DNA of 64,000 bases from an uncultured virus (IMG/VR IMGVR_UViG_3300010342_000399). Lineage: Duplodnaviria > Heunggongvirae > Uroviricota > Caudoviricetes. The notes beneath the pieces are model-generated. The model saw only the letters and a list, made by a program, of their open reading frames with translations, was not told the origin of the DNA and ran no database searches. Made by a program: the position numbers and the translations under genes. Numbering within the stretch: position 1 is the first letter of the stretch; each line of letters opens with the position of its first letter. Below are positions 60,201 through 64,000 of the stretch, in pieces. Location: the IMG/VR virus record IMGVR_UViG_3300010342_000399; one strand, 5' to 3'.

Positions 60201-62085
60201 TTGATACAGATAAACTTGGTGTATTAGATACAGATAAACTTGGTGTATTAGATATAGATACTGATGGTGTTTGAGTGTTAGATACGGATAAACTTGGCGT
60301 TTGAGTATTGGATACAGACAAACTTGGTGTATTAGATATAGATACTGATGGTGTTTGAGTGTTAGATACGGATAAACTTGGTGTGTTAGATACAGATAAG
60401 CTAGGCGTATTTGATATTGATATGCTTGGTGTTATCGAACTAGATACAGATAACGATGGTGTTATAGTTGGTGTTGGTGTCAATGATAACCCAGGTGTCT
60501 CAGACATCGATATCGATGGTGTCATAGTACTAGATATTGATAAACTTGGTGTATTAGAAATTGATAAACTAGGTGTCTGAGTATTGGATACAGATAAACT
60601 TGGTGTGTTCGATATTGATTCACTTGGCGTTTGAGTATTAGATACAGATAAACTGGGTGTATTAGATATTGATAAACTAGGTGTGTTTGATACAGATTCA
60701 CTAGGCGTTGAAGTATTAGATACAGATAAACTAGGTGTATTTGATATCGACAAACTAGGTGTATTTGATATTGATACACTAGGCGTGCTTGATATTGATG
60801 AAGATGGTGTCTGAGTACTAGAAACAGATAAACTTGGTGTACTAGTAGGTGATACCGATCTTGTTCTAATTGGAGTAAATGATGGTGATGGTGTATTAGA
60901 ACTCGAAATCGATATTGATGGAGTAGCCGTTTGAGTTGGAGACATAGATGGTGTTGTAGTTGGCGTCTTTGTTCTCGTTGGTGTTTGTGTTCTCGTTGGT
61001 GTTCGTGTTGATGATCTTGATGGTGTATGTGTTATTGTTGGTGTTACTGTTGGAGATACCGAAGGTGTTGGTGGACGCCTTGATGTCGATGGTGATATAC
61101 CAGTACTTGGCGTTGTTGTTCTCGATACTGATGGTGTTTGTGAAATAGATGATGATACAGATAATGATGGTGTTCTTGTTCTTGATGGTGATGGTGTTAT
61201 TGATGGTGTTCTCTGTGGTGTATGTGATGTTGATGGTGTTACTGAACGTGACGGGAATGATGGTCGATAAAGTGTACTTTCCGCAACATTTGATGCATAA
61301 AATCTAACAGGAGAATCACTACATCCAATTCTAGTATTACTATTATCTTCATAAATAGTATATGTATAATTAGTTTTATCTATTACTACTTTATGATACA
61401 TGTCATTTTCTTCATTAAATGACTGTACATAAGATTTATTGGAATTCAAAAAACTCATTGTACTGCCGTCTAATGCATTAAAAAACCTAGCAGTCATGTA
61501 AAATGTGTTTCCTGAAATAGATGTACCATCAAGAACAGTATCATCCTGAAACCAATATATATACATGTTTTCTTTGTTTCTATAATTTGAACCCATGAAA
61601 ACCGGTACATATACATATTCACCTATTGGTGTATAAAAAATTTTTTCACCAAAAGGTATTGGTAAATGTTTTGTAAAAACTAATTTTCTATTAATACTAC
61701 TTGGTTTTTCCCCATCAGGAACTTTATAAAATTCTAATCTAAAAAAACTTGTATTTTCACTTCTCAAAAGTTTTGAATTTGCTTCTGGTGACAATCCTAC
61801 ATATTCATAATCTAGAGAATATTGTGGTAAATAATTTCCATCAAAAAAGTAAAAATAAAACCAAACATCACATTGTATAATTTCTTCACCATTTGTAGTA
61901 ATAACACAATTATTATGACTATATCTAACAGTTTCAAAATTTACGGCAGGATTTATTATTGACTTGAGAGTTTCGATCTCAAATTGTTGCATAGATTCTT
62001 CCCATCCTACATCTAATCCAAATTTTGTTTCTTGATTTATAAGAATGGTACTATTAGTATTTGTTGTTTGTTGACGAACTCTCAT
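57271..62085 (-). CDS. Large virion-type fibre protein: N-terminal domain, Ser/Thr/Pro repeats, two LamG-like domains (spans an N gap at 57474-57934)
   Basis: TPSLSVSN repeats; GLIACWNCEE.SG, FSISLW, WHHIVIT, G..D..AIF.R.L. Confidence 0.85.
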   Translation of the reverse strand: MRVRQQTTNTNSTILINQETKFGLDVGWEESMQQFEIETLKSIINPAVNFETVRYSHNNCVITTNGEEIIQCDVWFYFYFFDGNYLPQYSLDYEYVGLSPEANSKLLRSENTSFFRLEFYKVPDGEKPSSINRKLVFTKHLPIPFGEKIFYTPIGEYVYVPVFMGSNYRNKENMYIYWFQDDTVLDGTSISGNTFYMTARFFNALDGSTMSFLNSNKSYVQSFNEENDMYHKVVIDKTNYTYTIYEDNSNTRIGCSDSPVRFYASNVAESTLYRPSFPSRSVTPSTSHTPQRTPSITPSPSRTRTPSLSVSSSISQTPSVSRTTTPSTGISPSTSRRPPTPSVSPTVTPTITHTPSRSSTRTPTRTQTPTRTKTPTTTPSMSPTQTATPSISISSSNTPSPSFTPIRTRSVSPTSTPSLSVSSTQTPSSSISSTPSVSISNTPSLSISNTPSLSVSNTSTPSESVSNTPSLSISNTPSLSVSNTQTPSESISNTPSLSVSNTQTPSLSISNTPSLSISSTMTPSISMSETPGLSLTPTPTITPSLSVSSSITPSISISNTPSLSVSNTPSLSVSNTQTPSVSISNTPSLSVSNTQTPSLSVSNTQTPSVSISNTPSLSVSNTPSLSVSNTPSLSVSNTQTPSLSISNTPSLSISNTPSLSVSNTPSLSVSNTPSLSISNTPSLSVSNTQTPSISISNTPSLSISNTPSESISNTPSLSISITQTPSLSVSNTPSLSVSNTQTPSLSVSNTPSLSISNTPSLSISNTPSLSISRTPSITPSIPTNPYLGGLIACWNCEEASGTLYDSTAYHNDLDASINVTYQASGIVDNYSIGFLSNNSVIGNAGTIGDSLDLQEFSISLWLRVVTGSTGIRLLYGRIKEDMSGGFYMFLVLNNELEGSIYFSIINDGVLDQKAINIVMDQLWHHIVITFNNNYELKFYGDGYYIDTLSFSNAPSYTGSYTTYTMIGNDLDLIHSLYGYVDAFAIFSRELNQTDITYLYNNGNGITCMPASPTPTPSTSPTVTPSITPTTTPTTTPSISISRTPSLSVSNTPSLSVSNTRTPSLSVSNTPSLSVSNTPSLSVSNTPSLSVSNTITPSLSVSNTPSLSVSNTRTPSLSVSNTPSLSISNTPSLSVSNTITPSLSVSNTPSLSVSNTITPSLSVSNTPSLSVSNTPSLSVSNTPSLSVSNTPSLSVSNTPSLSVSNTLSLSVSNTITPSLSVSNTPSLSISNTPSLSVSNTPSLSVSNTPSLSVSNTPSLSVSNTRTPSLSVSNTPSLSVSNTITPSLSVSNTPSLSISNTPSLSVSNTPSLSVSNTPSLSVSNTITPSLSVSSTPSISISRTSSITPSPIHNPFTSGLVACWDFEEASGTFYDSTENGHDLTTTXXXXXXXXXXXXXXXXXXXXXXXXXXXXXXXXXXXXXXXXXXXXXXXXXXXXXXXXXXXXXXXXXXXXXXXXXXXXXXXXXXXXXXXXXXXXXXXXXXXXXXXXXXXXXXXXXXXXXXXXXXXXXXXXXXXXXXXXXXXXXXXXXXXXXXXXXXXTMDEVAMWDRVITSLEVAYLYNSGSGRPCYQPPSPSPTSTTTPSTSPTVTPSRTPSRTPTRSRRAS
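58040..58975. repeat. Degenerate 24/30-bp coding tandem repeats (TPSLSVSN), block 2
   Basis: Recurrent gatacagataaact(a/t/g)ggcgtattt. Confidence 0.95.
59745..61250. repeat. Degenerate 24/30-bp coding tandem repeats (TPSLS(V/I)SN), block 1
   Basis: Same unit, diverging toward 61250. Confidence 0.93.
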
Positions 62086-62108
62086 TATAATTTATCCGTT
62101 TCTTATAA

Positions 62109-64000
62109 TTATAATCTTTCTGCAATTTTAGTAAACATCCACCAAGCCGCATATGCTTTCATATTAGCATTAAGTGGCTGTGAATGTGATGAAGCACAAT
62201 TATACCAATCCACATTTACTGTATGTGAATTCTGCCAATTTATGGCCCAGTTTCCACCATCGTAATTACACCCATCATCTGCACCAAGATTTAAATAATC
62301 AACGCCATTAGGATCATACCTTTCAATATCAGCGAAATCAAATAAAATCCGATTGTTTGTTGCACAATGTGCTCTAATTTGTTCATTTCTTTGATGTAAA
62401 TTACCTGATGAACCAGTACCATCAAGATGTCCTGTCATATATACAAATTTAACAGGACGACTAGCATATTCATTTTCAAGACTAGCCATTAAACTTAAAT
62501 AATTTGACATAACAACAGAAGATGATAAATAACTTAATTGCCCACACCATGACCACATTACAACATTGCAATTAGGATGAGAATTAAGATATGCCCGCGT
62601 TTGATTATAAAACGCAGTATAATCGCCACCACCACCTAAATCTGCTCCGCCTCCACCATAAATTCCATGATCATGAATAGATAATCTATTTGCACTATGT
62701 ATATCAGAATTTATAAAATCAAATTTAGGCGAGCCACCCATCACACTATTCATAAGTCCAGTCATACCTTGAATAATTTGTTCACCATGAGATGTATGTT
62801 CATATGCGATTAGTAATTTAGATTTTGCATTAGATATAGACACATCACTAAGGGTATTTAACACAATATATCGCGAAATTGTGTGATTCGCAATAATTGA
62901 ACCACCAACAATAGTTGGAGGACTTTGTGTTGGTGTTCTAGATAACGATATTGATGGTGTCCTAGATAATGACATTATTGGTGTTCTACTTTTCGACGGT
63001 GCTGGCTGTGATGCCGATGGTGTTCGTGAATTTGATGGTGTACTCGGTGGCGATACACCTGGTGCTAATGTTTCATATGCTCCTATATCTGGTGCCCCAA
63101 AAATACTTCTACCTTCAATATCATTACTGAATCCAAGATATGCTCCAGCGTTAATTGCTGGTGAACCAGATTGTAAATGAAAATCATTACCAGAAACAAA
63201 AAGAGGATCTGCACTTATTGAATTTATATCTTGTGTTGGATATTTTGCTCTCCATTGTGCAAAAGTAGTATATGTTCCATCATCTGTATATGCTAGAATA
63301 GCTACATTATATAAATTATTATCAAATGTAAACTTAGGTGTCATATGTGATGGATTGCCATATCTTATTGCTGGATTTGAACATGTTTTAAAAATATTAT
63401 TTTTTATTTCACAGTTAATGATATTTCCGCGATCTACCCATATCATAACATGACGAGCATTAGATGAATCCGGTCTTTGATTTACACTCCATGAAGTCGC
63501 GTTAACACAAGTATTATTATAAAAATTCACATTTTTCATTGTTACACTTGAATCTTCTGCCCATGTTTCATATTCATAATAACAATTCCATATTCTATTA
63601 TATGACATTTTCACATTGCTCTGGGTAAAGTTTACACCGCCTTGTGGCGAAATACCAGCATCATAACAATCATGTATATTATTATATCTTATTTTAAGAT
63701 CATTTACTCGTTGCCACATTTGAACACCATTACCCATTCTATACGATGGATCACTTGGCACCCACATACCCCCAATCCAAGAAATATCACAATATTCAAC
63801 AATTCCATGACTACATCCATTAATGAATATAATTCCGTTATTACCGCTATATCTCACATCTAAATTACGGAGAATAATAAAATCAGAATTTGAAACTCGT
63901 ATAACTTCTTCAGTTGAATATCCATCAGCACAAATATATGCTCCACCTATTTCAATATGTGAATAATACGATCCCGGATTTGATGTTGAATATAAATAAA
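62109..64000 (-). CDS. 5'-truncated beta-helix protein with a TPS linker and a C-terminal SGNH-like domain
   Basis: Frame open to the window end; YNNIHDC/YNNTCV coils, DFHLQSGSPAINAG..PDIGAYE, HTSHG..WSWCG..FDFADIE. Confidence 0.85.
   Translation of the reverse strand, partial: YLYSTSNPGSYYSHIEIGGAYICADGYSTEEVIRVSNSDFIILRNLDVRYSGNNGIIFINGCSHGIVEYCDISWIGGMWVPSDPSYRMGNGVQMWQRVNDLKIRYNNIHDCYDAGISPQGGVNFTQSNVKMSYNRIWNCYYEYETWAEDSSVTMKNVNFYNNTCVNATSWSVNQRPDSSNARHVMIWVDRGNIINCEIKNNIFKTCSNPAIRYGNPSHMTPKFTFDNNLYNVAILAYTDDGTYTTFAQWRAKYPTQDINSISADPLFVSGNDFHLQSGSPAINAGAYLGFSNDIEGRSIFGAPDIGAYETLAPGVSPPSTPSNSRTPSASQPAPSKSRTPIMSLSRTPSISLSRTPTQSPPTIVGGSIIANHTISRYIVLNTLSDVSISNAKSKLLIAYEHTSHGEQIIQGMTGLMNSVMGGSPKFDFINSDIHSANRLSIHDHGIYGGGGADLGGGGDYTAFYNQTRAYLNSHPNCNVVMWSWCGQLSYLSSSVVMSNYLSLMASLENEYASRPVKFVYMTGHLDGTGSSGNLHQRNEQIRAHCATNNRILFDFADIERYDPNGVDYLNLGADDGCNYDGGNWAINWQNSHTVNVDWYNCASSHSQPLNANMKAYAAWWMFTKIAERL

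Noticed and set aside
651..64000. Genome-wide TAG (code 15) or TGA (code 4/25) reassignment
   Set aside because: Long genes are open in code 11, Trp uses TGG, and TGA and TAG serve as real stops (ATGA overlaps; TAG ends at 21896, 27758, 37330).

Overview
AT-rich (mostly minus-strand) segment of a large, probably jumbo, dsDNA tailed phage of a Bacteroidota host. Host evidence: TTTG..TAnnTTTG promoters and a T9SS-sorted protein. No rRNA or CRISPR array was seen. Contents: tandem/inverted GC-rich repeats at the left end; many small phage ORFs; ECF sigma factor, degenerate peptide deformylase, MetK and an amidase; a partial ADP-heptose biosynthesis cluster; an intein-bearing Dda-like helicase; a C1 protease; an RNA-repair module; about 17 tRNA or tRNA-like genes; DNA methylases; glycosyl/methyltransferases including a TibC/AAH-type heptosyltransferase; an IS607/TnpB remnant; and Ser/Thr/Pro-repeat LamG and beta-helix virion-type proteins. 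Most striking: an attenuator-controlled tRNA operon ending in an amber-suppressor tRNA(CUA), followed directly by a Pth2-like gene with TAG at codon 3 and a mini-ORF MKKS-TAG-ARIRPP-stop. This suggests a local amber-gated translation circuit in a genome that otherwise uses the standard code. Second: an apparent phage pathway for protein O-heptosylation. All calls are by-eye motif recognition; no searches were run.
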